A stretch of DNA of 64,000 bases from the NCBI GenBank assembly GCA_963767735.1, contig CAVYES010000006.1, forward strand, positions 416,001 to 480,000, in the 5' to 3' direction. Origin of the DNA: Candidatus Bathyarchaeota archaeon. Lineage in GTDB: Archaea; Thermoproteota; Bathyarchaeia; Bathyarchaeales; Bathycorpusculaceae. The notes under the pieces were generated by a model that did no database searches, was not told the origin of the DNA, and saw only the letters and a list, made by a program, of their open reading frames with translations. Within the stretch, counting starts at the first letter, position 1. Each line of letters begins with the position of its first letter. A program made the translations under genes and the position numbers. Below are positions 1-10,705 of this stretch, in pieces.

Positions 1-377
1 TTTAGATTTAAAGACCATTAAGAACTAATTTTGGGGCATCAGCAAAGAGATTAGCTCAGTCTAAGAAACCTAAACAAATAGCCTTTTATGGTCAATCTTC
101 TGCAAATCTAATTATGAGTAAAATGAAAAAAACAACTGTTGCAATACTTGCACTTGATGTAATCCTGCTATCGCTCACGCCATTACAAACAAGACAGAAT
201 GAGCAAGCAATCAGACTTTGGGTCCTTTAAAGATTATTTTGCCTTCCCCTTCCCTCTGATAAATCTTGATTGTTCGTTAGAAGTATAAAAAATTAATCAT
301 TAAAACAGTAAAAAATTCAGGCGTATCAGGCAAGATTCAAGAAAAAAAGTTTGCCGACACTAAAAATAAAGCTATAA

Positions 378-1313
378 CTAAACATTAACTTTCCTAACGT
401 ATGATGAAGCCCGCATCGCAGCCATCGCTCCTTCTCCAGCCGCCGTTACCGCCTGCATTCCGCCGCAGGTGCAATCTCCAGCTGCAAAAACTCCTTCTAT
501 GCTTGTTCTTTGCTGGCGATCAACCGTTAAGCAGCCAGTTCTATCCGTGGCTACTCCAGCGCTTCTTACTATTGCGGTTAAAGGAACGCCTCCTAATGAA
601 ACAAAAACGCCTTTAGCGTCTTTTTCTACTTCAAGCTGAGTGCCGAAATCAAGGATTTTTGCTGCTTTAACGATTTGTTCGCCGACAATCTTGGTTATCT
701 TGCCTTTGATGACTTCTACATTGGGTTTACTTCGAAGTCTATCTATCAGTGTGCCTGAAATCTCTAATTCCGGTTCATTAGTTACCAGCATAACCTTGTT
801 TGCTATGTCGGATAGAAATAAAGCGTCAATTGCAGCTTCTTCTCCGTTTCCGACGACTATCACGGTTGCGTGTTTAAAAAATGGTCCATCGCAAGTAACG
901 CAGTAGCTGACGCCTCGACCTATAAAGTCGGTTTCTCCAGGAACGAGAAGTTTTCTTCGTTGCGTTCCAGTCGCGATAATTATCGCGTGCGCTTCATAGG
1001 TGTGTTTTCGCGAAACAACAAGTTTAACCTCGCCCTTCAATTCTAAACCGATAACTTCTTCATCTTCCCTAATTTCCGCGTGAAAACGTAAGGCTTGCAA
1101 ACGCATCTTCTCAACCAGTTCGCTGCCTTTAATGCCCAACTCGAATCCTGGAAAATTCTCTATTTGCGGAGCTAACCATGCTCTTCCACCAACGATGCCT
1201 GATTCCAGAACCACGGTTTTTAACCCAAGCCACGACGTGTAAATAGCTGCTGTTAAGCCGGCAGGCCCGGTGCCGATTATTAGAACATCAATTTTTTGGT
1301 TTTCTTCTGACAT
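378..1313 (-). CDS. trxB: Thioredoxin-disulfide reductase
   Basis: GxGPAG FAD motif, GRGVSYCVTCDG redox CxxC, TSIEGVFAAGDC. Start moved to MSEEN (ATG 1313), which follows an AGGTGAG SD. Confidence 0.9.
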   Translation of the reverse strand: MSEENQKIDVLIIGTGPAGLTAAIYTSWLGLKTVVLESGIVGGRAWLAPQIENFPGFELGIKGSELVEKMRLQALRFHAEIREDEEVIGLELKGEVKLVVSRKHTYEAHAIIIATGTQRRKLLVPGETDFIGRGVSYCVTCDGPFFKHATVIVVGNGEEAAIDALFLSDIANKVMLVTNEPELEISGTLIDRLRSKPNVEVIKGKITKIVGEQIVKAAKILDFGTQLEVEKDAKGVFVSLGGVPLTAIVRSAGVATDRTGCLTVDRQQRTSIEGVFAAGDCTCGGMQAVTAAGEGAMAAMRASSYVRKVNV

Positions 1314-1603
1314 TTTCTCACCTAAAGAATTAGAATATTTCACTAGTAAAGTTCTGTGAACCGACTAATATATTTTAGATTTCGCTCTCGATCTCTTGCT
1401 TTCTCGATTGATGGTTCATTCGTTGCTGGTTGATTATCTAATGTGAGACTTTTAGTCTAAATGGTTATCTTTTGCTTCTGAACCATTTAACAAAAAGATG
1501 AGTTTTGCTATAATTAATTTTGGAAAGTTAAAATGTATTTAAAATTCGAGATAAACTAAAATTAAAAAAAGAAAAATTATGGGGTTTGGTTTATTCTTCG
1601 CCT

Positions 1604-3235
1604 TCAGGACCGCCAGCCTGGGCCACCTGGACCGCCTTTTGGTGATTTGGCTGTTATGACGTCGTCTATGCGTAGTATCATGGCTGCTGATTCGGCTGCG
1701 GATTTGATGGCTTGTTCTTTGACTACGAGTGGTTCTATGACTCCTTCTTCGACGCTGTTTTGCAGTTTGCCTGTGAAAACGTTGATGCCTATGTTTTTGC
1801 CGTCGGCTGTGTCATGTTTTGAGCGCAGTTCGACGAGGATGTCTATTGGCTGTAATCCTGCGTTTTCTGCGAGTGTGCGGGGTATTACTTCCATTGCGTC
1901 TGCGAATGCTTCGACGGCTAATTGTTCTCTTCCGCCTACTTTGGTTGCGTACTTGCGTAGTTCTTTGGCTACTTCGATTTCTACTGCGCCGCCGCCTGGA
2001 ACGATTTTGTTGTTCTCTATTACGTCTGAGACTACTGATAGTGAGTCGGTTATGGCTCTTTCTGCTTCGTCAACCATGCGTTCGAGTCCCGCGCGGATTA
2101 GTATGGATACGCTGTGTGGGTCTTTGCATTTTTCGACGAATATCATTTTGTCGTCGCCGATTTTGCGTTCATCCACTAAGCCTGCTAAGCCAAGGTCTGC
2201 AGCTTTGAGGTCGTCGAGGTCGCTGATTATTCTTGCGCCTGTTGCTTTTGCGAGTTTTTCCATGTCGGATTCTTTTACGCGTCTTGCCGCCATTATGCCT
2301 GCTTTAGAGAGGAAGTGCTGGACCATGTCGTCGATGCCTTTTTGGCAGAAAACTATGTCTGCGCCTGAGGCTTTGACTTTGGTAACCATCTTCTCCATCA
2401 TATCGTTTTCTTGGTCGAGGAACGCTTTCATCTGTGAGGGGTCTTTGATGCGGATTTCAGCGCTCATTTCTGTTTTCTCTATTTCCAAGGCTGCGTCTAA
2501 GAGGAGGATTTTTGCGTTTTCTTTGGTTTTTGGCATTCCTGGGTTAACGACTTCTTTGTCGATGATTATTCCTCTGATAAGTTGGGTTTCGAGGAGGCTT
2601 TTGCCTGTTTTCTTGACGAGTTGGATGTTGTCTATGTCGGCTATGGTTTTATCGCCGCGTACCTCTGCGATTTGTTTGACTGCGTCTATGGATATTTCTG
2701 CTAGGTGTTCTCTTGCTGACCCTACTGATTTGCTGCTCATTGAGGTTAATGCGACTTTGAGGAGTGTTTTGCGGTCGTTTATGTCAAGCGGGGTGGATAT
2801 TTTGTTTATGATTTCGATTGCTTTTTGTGATGCTTTTCGGTAGCCGCTTACGAGGATTATTGGGTGGATGTTTTGGTCGAGGAGTTCTTCTGCTTTTTTG
2901 AGGAGTTCGCTTGCCAATATAACTGTGGTTGTGGTTCCGTCGCCTACCATGTCATCCTGGGTTTTGGCGATTTCCACCATCATTTTCGCTGCTGGGTGTT
3001 CGACGTCTATTTCTTTTAGGATTGCTGCGCCGTCGTTTGTTATTGTTATGTCGCCTAGGCTGTCAACAAGCATTTTATCCATGCCTCTTGGACCTAGGGT
3101 GGTTTTGAGTACTTCGCCGATGACTTGCGCGGCCATTATGTTGTTTCTCTGGGCTTCTTTGCCTCTGCTCCGGGTTGTTCCTTCTTTAAGAATCAACACG
3201 GGTTGTCCTGAACCTGTTGTTGTTAAATACGCCAT
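1604..3235 (-). CDS. ths: Thermosome (group II chaperonin) subunit
   Basis: [22 protein letters not shown] and ILRIDD motifs. Start at MAYLTT. The tail may be frameshifted; the alternative end is GGPEGEE* at 1591. Confidence 0.95.
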   Translation of the reverse strand: MAYLTTTGSGQPVLILKEGTTRSRGKEAQRNNIMAAQVIGEVLKTTLGPRGMDKMLVDSLGDITITNDGAAILKEIDVEHPAAKMMVEIAKTQDDMVGDGTTTTVILASELLKKAEELLDQNIHPIILVSGYRKASQKAIEIINKISTPLDINDRKTLLKVALTSMSSKSVGSAREHLAEISIDAVKQIAEVRGDKTIADIDNIQLVKKTGKSLLETQLIRGIIIDKEVVNPGMPKTKENAKILLLDAALEIEKTEMSAEIRIKDPSQMKAFLDQENDMMEKMVTKVKASGADIVFCQKGIDDMVQHFLSKAGIMAARRVKESDMEKLAKATGARIISDLDDLKAADLGLAGLVDERKIGDDKMIFVEKCKDPHSVSILIRAGLERMVDEAERAITDSLSVVSDVIENNKIVPGGGAVEIEVAKELRKYATKVGGREQLAVEAFADAMEVIPRTLAENAGLQPIDILVELRSKHDTADGKNIGINVFTGKLQNSVEEGVIEPLVVKEQAIKSAAESAAMILRIDDVITAKSPKGGPGGPGWRS

Positions 3236-3590
3236 ATTTATTATCCACTTTAATAGAACTTTATTTAATTCGGAAATAAGCAAAAAACGCACGGAAATAT
3301 AAACATTTAGCTTAGATTTTGGGTGGTTGTGCTTTCGGTAAGGGTTGGTTTCTGTTTTCTGTGTGCTTTTTACTAGTTGAATTTGGTTGTTAATAGTAGG
3401 GAGGGGGCCTGTTGCTTCTGCATGCTGTCTTTGTGGTCGGTTTTTGGGATAAATATTAAGAGGGTCTATGCGTCGGCGGTTTGGTTGGGGGTTTTTCTTT
3501 TTTGTTGTGGTGTCTGGGGGAGCTTGTCAGAAATGTTTATTTGTATATTTTGAATTATACAGTTTTAAAATATACAGAAGATGCAGCTGC

Positions 3591-4928
3591 TTGTTTGTCA
3601 ACAGAAAAAAAGAATGCGAAGAACTCAAAAAAATTCTTGACGCCGAAGGCTTCGGTTTCGCGGTCCTGTACGGAAGAAGGCGGGTGGGAAAAACCCGGTT
3701 GCTACTTGAAAGCCTCAAAGAAAGAAACCACATTTATTATTTAGCCGTCGAAAACGACAACTTGAGGTATTTCTCGGCGGTTGCAGCTCAGCGTTTTCCT
3801 GAGGTCAAGAATCTCAGAGAAGATTGGGAGGTGCTCTTAGGCTTCCTTAAAGACAAGGTTGATGTGCTATTGATCGATGAATTCCAGAATCTGGTGAAGG
3901 AAGACAAAACAGTTCTTTCGCTTCTTCAGCGTGTAGTAGACAAAGATTTGAAAGGCAGCGACCTCAAGTTGGTTGCCTTGGGCTCTTCGGTGTCTATGAT
4001 TACGTCTGAAGTGCTGCAATATAGAAGTCCCCTTTACGGTAAGAGAACATACGCTAAAAGAGTCGGCGCAATGAGTTTTCTTGGCATAAAGGGTTTTTTT
4101 CCCAAGGCATCCTGTTTGGAGATTGCTGAAATTTACGGGTTCGCTGACGGCATTCCCTATTACCTTGAAAAAATCAGTTTGCCTTTTTGGAGGTGGCTTG
4201 AAGGTGAGCTGCGGAAACCGACATTTGTAAAGGATGAACTTGATTTTATGCTTAGGTACGAGTTTGAGGATGTTGGTACATACAAGACAATTCTTGAAGC
4301 TATATCTATGGGTAAAACCAAAGTTTCCGAAATAAAGGATTATGCCCGGCTACAGAGAACAGACATCAGCTCCTATCTAAGTAAGCTCATCAACACTGGT
4401 TTTGTTCTAAGAGAGTTGCCGTTGACTGAACCCGTTACCTCAAAAATGGGGAGGTACTATATTGCCGATCAATTTGTCGCTTTCTGGTTTAGGTACATCT
4501 ACCCGAATTTAAGCAACATTGAAGAGGGCCTTTATTCAGCTGCTGCTGTGAAGAAAGATTATTCGCAGTATATGGGCTTCGTTTTTGAGAAGATTTGCAG
4601 GCAGGTTCTTTTTGAGTTAATTAGGCGTGGAAACATGAGTTTCGATAAAGTTGGTAAATGGTGGTACAAAGACGTCGAGATTGATTTGGTAGGATTGAAC
4701 GCTGAGAAAAAAGATATTTTATTGGCGGAATGTAAGTGGCAGGACAATGTTTCTTCATATAAGGTTCTTGCCGAGTTAAAGAAGAAATCGGGACATGTAA
4801 GGTGGAATAACGAGGACAGAAAAGACACTTACGCTATTTTCGCAAAGTCGTTTAAAGAGAAGAGTATTGAAGATGAAAATGTGCGATTGTTTGACTTAAA
4901 AGATATCGGAAACCTTATGGAAACTTGA
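3591..4928 (+). CDS. Archaeal ATPase (AAA/wHTH plus DUF234-like PD-(D/E)xK C-terminus)
   Basis: FVNRxxE start, YGRRRVGKT Walker A, IDEFQ Walker B, SPLYGKRT, and C-terminal EIDLV...AECKW. Confidence 0.85.
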   Translation: MFVNRKKECEELKKILDAEGFGFAVLYGRRRVGKTRLLLESLKERNHIYYLAVENDNLRYFSAVAAQRFPEVKNLREDWEVLLGFLKDKVDVLLIDEFQNLVKEDKTVLSLLQRVVDKDLKGSDLKLVALGSSVSMITSEVLQYRSPLYGKRTYAKRVGAMSFLGIKGFFPKASCLEIAEIYGFADGIPYYLEKISLPFWRWLEGELRKPTFVKDELDFMLRYEFEDVGTYKTILEAISMGKTKVSEIKDYARLQRTDISSYLSKLINTGFVLRELPLTEPVTSKMGRYYIADQFVAFWFRYIYPNLSNIEEGLYSAAAVKKDYSQYMGFVFEKICRQVLFELIRRGNMSFDKVGKWWYKDVEIDLVGLNAEKKDILLAECKWQDNVSSYKVLAELKKKSGHVRWNNEDRKDTYAIFAKSFKEKSIEDENVRLFDLKDIGNLMET

Positions 4929-4943
4929 ACTTAACCTTTTTTT

Positions 4944-5197
4944 TTATTCATCTTCGTCTTCATGTCTGAGCTTGTAGAGTAACTTGTCCATTTTGTCCGC
5001 GGTTGCGGGGTCGACTGGATATGCGCCTATCATGTCCCAAATTGTCTTTTTGGGTTTAAACAGTATGCCTTCTTTTGTGGCGATTATTTTCTGCGTAGCT
5101 TCACGGGGATGGTGGTTTGGCCTTTTTTGGTGACGACAACTTCAGCTACAGCAACTTGACTCTCGCTATCTTCCTTTTTCCCGACTTGTTTTTTCAC
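4944..5197 (-). pseudogene. AbrB/MazE-type antitoxin or regulator with an internal deletion and frameshift
   Basis: One frame reads VVVTKKGQTTIPVKLRRK*. An overlapping frame reads IIATKEGILFKPKKTIWDMIGAY...HEDEDE*. These are the two halves of an AbrB fold with the middle missing. Confidence 0.7.
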
Positions 5198-5332
5198 AAC
5201 TTCGGTTTCCAACTTTTTCGCCGTATTACCTTTAGTTTCGTACTACCTTTAAAAATTGCGGAAAAAAATTCTGAGCCAGCTCTAAGCGCGGGTTGCAAAG
5301 GCTTTTTAGCGTAAATCACCCTATTAGCATCA

Positions 5333-5884
5333 GTGACAAGTATGAGTCTTCTTGAAGTTAACGATTTTATTATGCAAAAGAAAATTCTCTCCATGCATGA
5401 ACACTACGATTTTTCGGATTTGCAAGGCAACAAGCTGGGCGAAGCCGACGGCAACCTTGTCCAGGTCCCACCCAAATTTCAAGTCAAAGACACCCACGGC
5501 CAGGAGCTCCTGGCGGTGCAGGGCAAAGTGTTCTCGCTGCGGCATGAATTCACTTTTCACGGTCAAGGCGGCGAAGAGTTGGGAACAATAAAAAAGAAAA
5601 TAGTCAAACTCGTCGGCGAAGAATTCTGGGTCGAAAAAAACGGGCAAGAATTCATGCGCATCTACGGAAACTTCACCGAACACGACTACCAATTCGAAGT
5701 CGCGGGGCAGCCGGTGGCTTCTGTTCACAAGAAATGGGTAACCCTAAGAGACCAACTAGGAGTCTCAATAACAGGACAAGCGGACCACCGAACAATCATC
5801 GGAGCCGTCATCGTAATAGAACACATAGAAGTAACAGAAAAACAATCCTCATCAGGCTCAGGGATCGGGAACATTCGATTCTAA
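5333..5884 (+). CDS. LURP-one/scramblase (tubby C-like) family protein
   Basis: Repeated beta-strand pattern, GNFTEHDY, VHKKWVTLRD and a terminal hydrophobic helix. Confidence 0.8.
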   Translation: MTSMSLLEVNDFIMQKKILSMHEHYDFSDLQGNKLGEADGNLVQVPPKFQVKDTHGQELLAVQGKVFSLRHEFTFHGQGGEELGTIKKKIVKLVGEEFWVEKNGQEFMRIYGNFTEHDYQFEVAGQPVASVHKKWVTLRDQLGVSITGQADHRTIIGAVIVIEHIEVTEKQSSSGSGIGNIRF

Positions 5885-6125
5885 GAGATAACGAAAAGCA
5901 CCAAACAATCAAAGAAGTAACTGGAAGAAAACTCCCAAACTATCAATTCTATCCTACTTCATCAATCACATGAAGTTTCTGATGGCAAAACTTCGAGCGA
6001 AGCATGCGGAATAACAATCGAAAGCGAAAACAAGTGGAAAACTCTAATACAAAATGCAAGTAAGGCAAGCAAATAACCCCAAAACTTAACAACAAAAATC
6101 GATGTTGTTACTCTAAGGGAAAATA

Positions 6126-6917
6126 TTGAAAAAAATTAGCGTAATATTTGCAATTATACTAATTGTAATAAATTCTATTTTAGGCGCTTTTGTCTTTTTT
6201 AATGCTTCAAACATAACGAATAGTTGGTTTAATCCTGAGACTAACCAAAAAATTACTAATCAAACTTTTTACCTATTTTACCCCCCTCAAGCACCAGCAA
6301 CACTCATACTTGGTTCCAATGGAGCAATGATTAGTATAGATGTAAATATCACAGGTTCATTTTTAACTGATAGCCCTTTAACCATAATAGCCGTAGGGAG
6401 TGGCATCCCCTCTTTTCTGCAAAATGTTGATTATGTAGCAGTAGGATTTGCAGGAGCTGAAGCATACATTTCATCTGGTCTATTGAATGTTGAAGGCGGT
6501 GCATGGGCAGGGCTTTCGTTAACTCCAAATGCAAATATATCGCCTATAAACCAAAATGTCTTTTTAGGCGAAAATCTTGTGAGCGACGGTAGTCAACAAA
6601 TAGCCTTTGAAAACCCTCAAACATACAACTTGATTATTACTATTGGTCTGAATAATCAATCTGAGCCGATTCAATATACCTATCCAAGTGACTCTATCTA
6701 TGTTGGACAGCCAAGTGCTAATGTTGTTGGAGCGCATAATGTTAGATTTGATTATGCAGTTGGATTGATGACTGTTTTAGATATTTTCATCGGCGTGTTA
6801 ACTTATACTGTTAAGGCTTTCAAAGAAGGAAATCAATCGGTGACTACCAACAGTATAAGCCCAGTTGCAAAGAAACCTAAACAAACAAGAAAAGCACCAC
6901 CTAGAAAAACATCGTAA
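6126..6917 (+). CDS. Hypothetical membrane protein with N- and C-terminal TM segments
   Basis: 263-aa ORF with hydrophobic ends, an Asn-rich middle and a basic tail. Confidence 0.6.
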   Translation: MKKISVIFAIILIVINSILGAFVFFNASNITNSWFNPETNQKITNQTFYLFYPPQAPATLILGSNGAMISIDVNITGSFLTDSPLTIIAVGSGIPSFLQNVDYVAVGFAGAEAYISSGLLNVEGGAWAGLSLTPNANISPINQNVFLGENLVSDGSQQIAFENPQTYNLIITIGLNNQSEPIQYTYPSDSIYVGQPSANVVGAHNVRFDYAVGLMTVLDIFIGVLTYTVKAFKEGNQSVTTNSISPVAKKPKQTRKAPPRKTS

Positions 6918-7381
6918 GTATGAAACACGTAAGGAACACGTAAAAAGAAAAGCATCAGGAAGATAATAAATAAGGCATCTACTAGACGCGACTAACATTA
7001 ACAACCCAACTTTTCTGGTGAATGACTTGTTAAAATTCTGAATCGCCCTTTTGTTTAAATCCATGAACGCTTCTCCCATTGATTAATAGAAAAAAATGCA
7101 TAAGTAAGACCAAGCAAATAGCAAAAAAAGGCAACACCAACAGGTACAGTATTACTCCTAAAATTCGTGAGTATTTTTTTGCTAAAGCGCTCCCAAATTT
7201 TCTGAATCAAATCCACACATCCCTTTGAATTGAATCTCAGGAAACATAAATGAAAAAAGTCGAGAAAAACAGTATGCCTCGAAAATTTACAGGCACATGA
7301 TTTTAGGAGATATGCCCAAAGAACTTTACAGTTCCCGAAATAACAATCCTTAAAAGTTAGTTTTCTAAAAGCCAAGCCGAT

Positions 7382-7717
7382 TTATTTTTTGCGTTTTTCG
7401 CATTGGAGTACTTTAGGGCAGATTAGGCATTCTTCTTGTGTTAGCATGGTTTCTCCTGGTGCGTGTAGGAGTCCGCTGAAGTGGGCGCATTTGGCTGGTG
7501 AGTCGAAGACTATAGGGTATTCGGTTGGTTTGACGCTGATTATTTTTTCGTTTGCGGTGGCGATTTCAAGTTTTGACATGCAGTATGGGCAGGCGTAATG
7601 GGTTTGTCTTGGGATAACGGATGTGTCTGTAATGATGGTTGGTTTATCAAATATTTTTTCGCATCCCTGGTAGGGGCATTTTAGTTTTTCTTCATGATGA
7701 CTGTGGAAAAGCTGCAT
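7382..7717 (-). CDS. Small double zinc-binding protein
   Basis: CPYQGC...YACPYC and CAHFSG...CLICPKVLQC; GGAGGCGA SD upstream. Confidence 0.7.
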   Translation of the reverse strand: MQLFHSHHEEKLKCPYQGCEKIFDKPTIITDTSVIPRQTHYACPYCMSKLEIATANEKIISVKPTEYPIVFDSPAKCAHFSGLLHAPGETMLTQEECLICPKVLQCEKRKK

Positions 7718-7919
7718 GTTTCATTCGCCTCCCATATTTGTTATACATCAAGTATAGCAAGATTTAATAAACCTTTCCGCAAAACAACATGCCCTGCACA
7801 AAAGCACAACACAACTACAACAAACATATTGCTCAGCCAACTGAGCCAAACTGTCTGTTGAAAGAGAAGACACACGTGCCCATAAACCCAAGACTAACCT
7901 TCATCAATAGCAAACCGAC

Positions 7920-8378
7920 GTGCCGGCAATGAACAAGTCCACCCGCATAGTCTTATTATGCACCGCATGCGTAGCAGCCGCTCTTGCCTCATCTTTCCTA
8001 ACAACAGATATTCTAGTCCGCCCTCAAGTCAGCGGGGTTCCCGATTCCCATTCCCAAGACCTACCCATTCTGCAAGGCGTCACAAAAAACAACGGCTACT
8101 ACAACATCACCTTAGCATTCACCAACGTAACAGACTCCGAAACCCTAAACAACATCTTGATCAACCCGCAAATCAGCAAAACGGTTACGGACTCAACCTT
8201 CTACCTTAACGGCACAGCCATAAACCCTCAGGACCCAGTTAGCTGCAACCTAAACAGCGGCGACAGCCTCCAAATCAACCTTACCTTGCCCTGCACTGAA
8301 TTCCCTTCCGGGTCAACAATCACGCTTCAAGTCATGGGGAACAGTTTCGGCAGCGGCAAAACAGTTGTGCTCCCATAA
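7920..8378 (+). CDS. Hypothetical membrane-anchored beta-sandwich protein
   Basis: N-terminal hydrophobic anchor followed by an Asn/Thr-rich beta-strand domain. Confidence 0.6.
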   Translation: MPAMNKSTRIVLLCTACVAAALASSFLTTDILVRPQVSGVPDSHSQDLPILQGVTKNNGYYNITLAFTNVTDSETLNNILINPQISKTVTDSTFYLNGTAINPQDPVSCNLNSGDSLQINLTLPCTEFPSGSTITLQVMGNSFGSGKTVVLP

Positions 8379-8648
8379 AACATCTGGCCGCCTCAATGCC
8401 CTAATTCCACAAATGTAAACCTAAACAGGACTTACCCACACGCTTACCATAGTCAAACACGTAAAAACATGTTACATATCCAATATTTCTTAACAATTAT
8501 GAACAAATCTCAAACACGCTTATATCCATTCAAGACTAATTAATAAATATCAAAAAACAACGGTGGAAAAAAATGGAAAAAACTTCCCCAAAGAAAACAG
8601 CTCCAAAAGGAGAAATCCTGTACTTCCCTCACGTATAGGTGAATAAAA

Positions 8649-8792
8649 ATGATTGCAGAAACAAGCGTCCCTCTCTTTGTGTTGTGCACAAGCTCGTTAA
8701 CTGCAGCCTTTGTATACTATAACACAAAATACCGAAAATTCCTCAGAGAAAACGCAGTCAGCCTAACCAAACCCAACCTAAAACACCAATAG
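8649..8792 (+). CDS. Small single-TM protein (47 aa)
   Basis: GGTGA SD, then MIAETSVPLFVLCTSSLTAAFVYYNTKYRKF...; not in the ORF track. Confidence 0.45.
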   Translation: MIAETSVPLFVLCTSSLTAAFVYYNTKYRKFLRENAVSLTKPNLKHQ

Positions 8793-9184
8793 GAGTGAGT
8801 GACCCAAACAAAAAAATGACTTTACGACCCCACCCAAGAATCCCCTTTTCTTCGAGAAAACAAACCCCTCCTTTTTTTAAAAAATATCAATCTTGACCTC
8901 ATGTATCAGATTTCGTTAATTTTTGTTTTTAAAGAAGCCTATATTGTTTAGATAATACTTTGTGGCAAGTGGCGCTTATAGCGGAAATCAAGGGCAGAAA
9001 GACTACAAAAGAGGAATCATAGCGGAGAGAAAAGTTAAGGCTCAGAAGCGGGCAGAGGAGCTTAGGAGATTAATGGATGTCACCTATATGAAAGGGTAGA
9101 GGACGTCAAATCGACGAGACAAGAGATGTAAAACAAAAACTACGAATTATCGATTTTGGGTAATAACTCGTGCAGACTAAATTT

Positions 9185-9550
9185 TTATTCTTGACACTTT
9201 TGGCTTCTTTTAGGAGTTAAGTCAACAGCGTAAGATAGGATCTTTTTCATCATAAACCGTTCCTTGACCTGGTCAAACTCTTCAGGAGTGTAAGCTAACA
9301 CTTGCAAATGTTCACTATAGGGCCACATATCGAGGAGTCTTCCGCTTCTTTCGAGTTCTGGAACGCCTTTGAAGTCTTTGGAAATCACAATCAAGTCGAC
9401 ATCGCTTTCAGCCTTACGGGTACCTTTCGCAGTGGACCCAAAAAGCAAAACTTTTTTGAACGAAAAAGAGGTTTCTGCAGTGCGAAGAAACTTCTTAAGC
9501 CGCTGCATTATTGACCGCTTATCATTCAAGATTAAAGCTTTTGTCGTCAT
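9185..9550 (-). CDS. Minimal nucleotidyltransferase (MNT) antitoxin
   Basis: LFGSTAKG...SDVDL motif; overlaps the HEPN gene by 4 nt. Confidence 0.85.
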   Translation of the reverse strand: MTTKALILNDKRSIMQRLKKFLRTAETSFSFKKVLLFGSTAKGTRKAESDVDLIVISKDFKGVPELERSGRLLDMWPYSEHLQVLAYTPEEFDQVKERFMMKKILSYAVDLTPKRSQKCQE

Positions 9551-10032
9551 TTCTCCAACGCCTTAATTCTCTCAACAATTTTTTCTACAATTGGCAAAGC
9601 TTTCTCAAAGTATTCATCAACGATTTCCTTAGTATATATTTCGCTGGGAAATTGTAGACTGACATCAAGATACCGTGTTCCAAAAGCAGCATCGGTTAGT
9701 CTTTTGAGAAATCGTATCTCTGTTTCAGAGAGATCCAAGTTGTTAGCAACTTTGGAATACAGAGATTCTAACGCGTGACTTTTTGGTGGCTCTTGGCAAT
9801 TGAAAGCTGCGATTGCTGCCTTAAGCGCTTTTTCAACTGCAAGATGAATATACAACGCCGCAACATCGTAAAATCCAGCTTCCTTTAGCGCTTTGGCTTT
9901 GTTCAAAGTATAGTCGAAGTCTTTAAGCCACATGTACAAGCTCTCTCGAATAGAAATAAGCGGCTGCTGTTTAGTTGCTGACCCGTTATCGGATGAAGTT
10001 TTTGCTCTCTTTAATTTCTTTGAGTTCGTCAT
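9547..10032 (-). CDS. HEPN domain protein
   Basis: HLAVEKALKA, PPKSHAL and TRY motifs; paired with the MNT gene. Confidence 0.85.
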   Translation of the reverse strand: MTNSKKLKRAKTSSDNGSATKQQPLISIRESLYMWLKDFDYTLNKAKALKEAGFYDVAALYIHLAVEKALKAAIAAFNCQEPPKSHALESLYSKVANNLDLSETEIRFLKRLTDAAFGTRYLDVSLQFPSEIYTKEIVDEYFEKALPIVEKIVERIKALEK

Positions 10033-10170
10033 CGGCTTTCGCGAAACAGACTATCGTCTTTCTGCTATTTGGGTTTTTTCTAAATTTAAATCAATCAAAT
10101 GAAGTTAACGCACCCTGTTGATAAAATGGCTTAGCCCAGCATTTTTGAGGAATTTGTGCTTAAAAATTAG

Positions 10171-10247
10171 TGGAGCCTCGAGCGGGCTTTGATCCCGCGG
10201 CCTGCTGCTTACGAGGCAGCCGCTCTACCAGGCTGAGCCATCGGGGC
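10171..10247 (-). tRNA. tRNA-Thr(CGU), no intron, CCA encoded
   Basis: Cloverleaf: GCCCCGA TG GCTC AGCCTGGTA GAGC G GCTGC CTCGTAA GCAGC AGGCC GCGGG ATCAAAG CCCGC TCGAGGC T CCA. Confidence 0.95.
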
Positions 10248-10552
10248 ATCCAATTGCTAATCAGTGAAAGCCAAGTTTTTAAATGTTAAGCCAACAAATC
10301 TGTTCGCAATTCTACATGCAATTTCACCAATTCTACCCGCAAAGCGTGCACCTCAATTCTATTCAGTTTTAGTTAAATAATTGCATAAGGCGGAAACGGA
10401 TTTGAATAATTGAAGTTTGTAGAGTTGACTGCTAAAGAAGGAAAATGAAATACCAATGTTAACTGCTTTTTTAACATGCAAAATTGGAAAAAATTATTGA
10501 TGGTGCTAACAAATGGAAAATAATGGGAAGTTAATTTGTATGAGTTGTATGC

Positions 10553-10705
10553 TTATTTTTTCTCGTGGCTTCTAAGTTTTTCAAGTTTCTTTTCTCTATA
10601 CTGAAGCTCATCAGTCAGGGAACTTATTTCTTTCTTTATTCTGACGATCTGTCTTTCTTCGACTGTTGCGCCTTCGCTTGTGAGTATCATTTTCATCATA
10701 CTCAT
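10553..10705 (-). CDS. Small coiled-coil protein (50 aa)
   Basis: GGGGTGA SD, then MSMMKMILTSEGATVEERQIVRIKKEISSLTDELQYREKKLEKLRSHEKK*. More plausible than the overlapping track ORF 10611-10799. Confidence 0.5.
   Translation of the reverse strand: MSMMKMILTSEGATVEERQIVRIKKEISSLTDELQYREKKLEKLRSHEKK

Noticed and set aside
1-230. Possible gene fragment at the window start
   Set aside because: Stops in all forward frames near the start and no recognisable motif.
1647-3302. Long antisense ORFs (398 and 144 aa) over the thermosome gene
   Set aside because: Shadow frames produced by the codon bias of a conserved gene; no motifs. The same applies to the other antisense ORFs in the track.
8990-9135. 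Possible antitoxin remnant
   Set aside because: Fragmentary charged peptides in different frames; too degraded to call.
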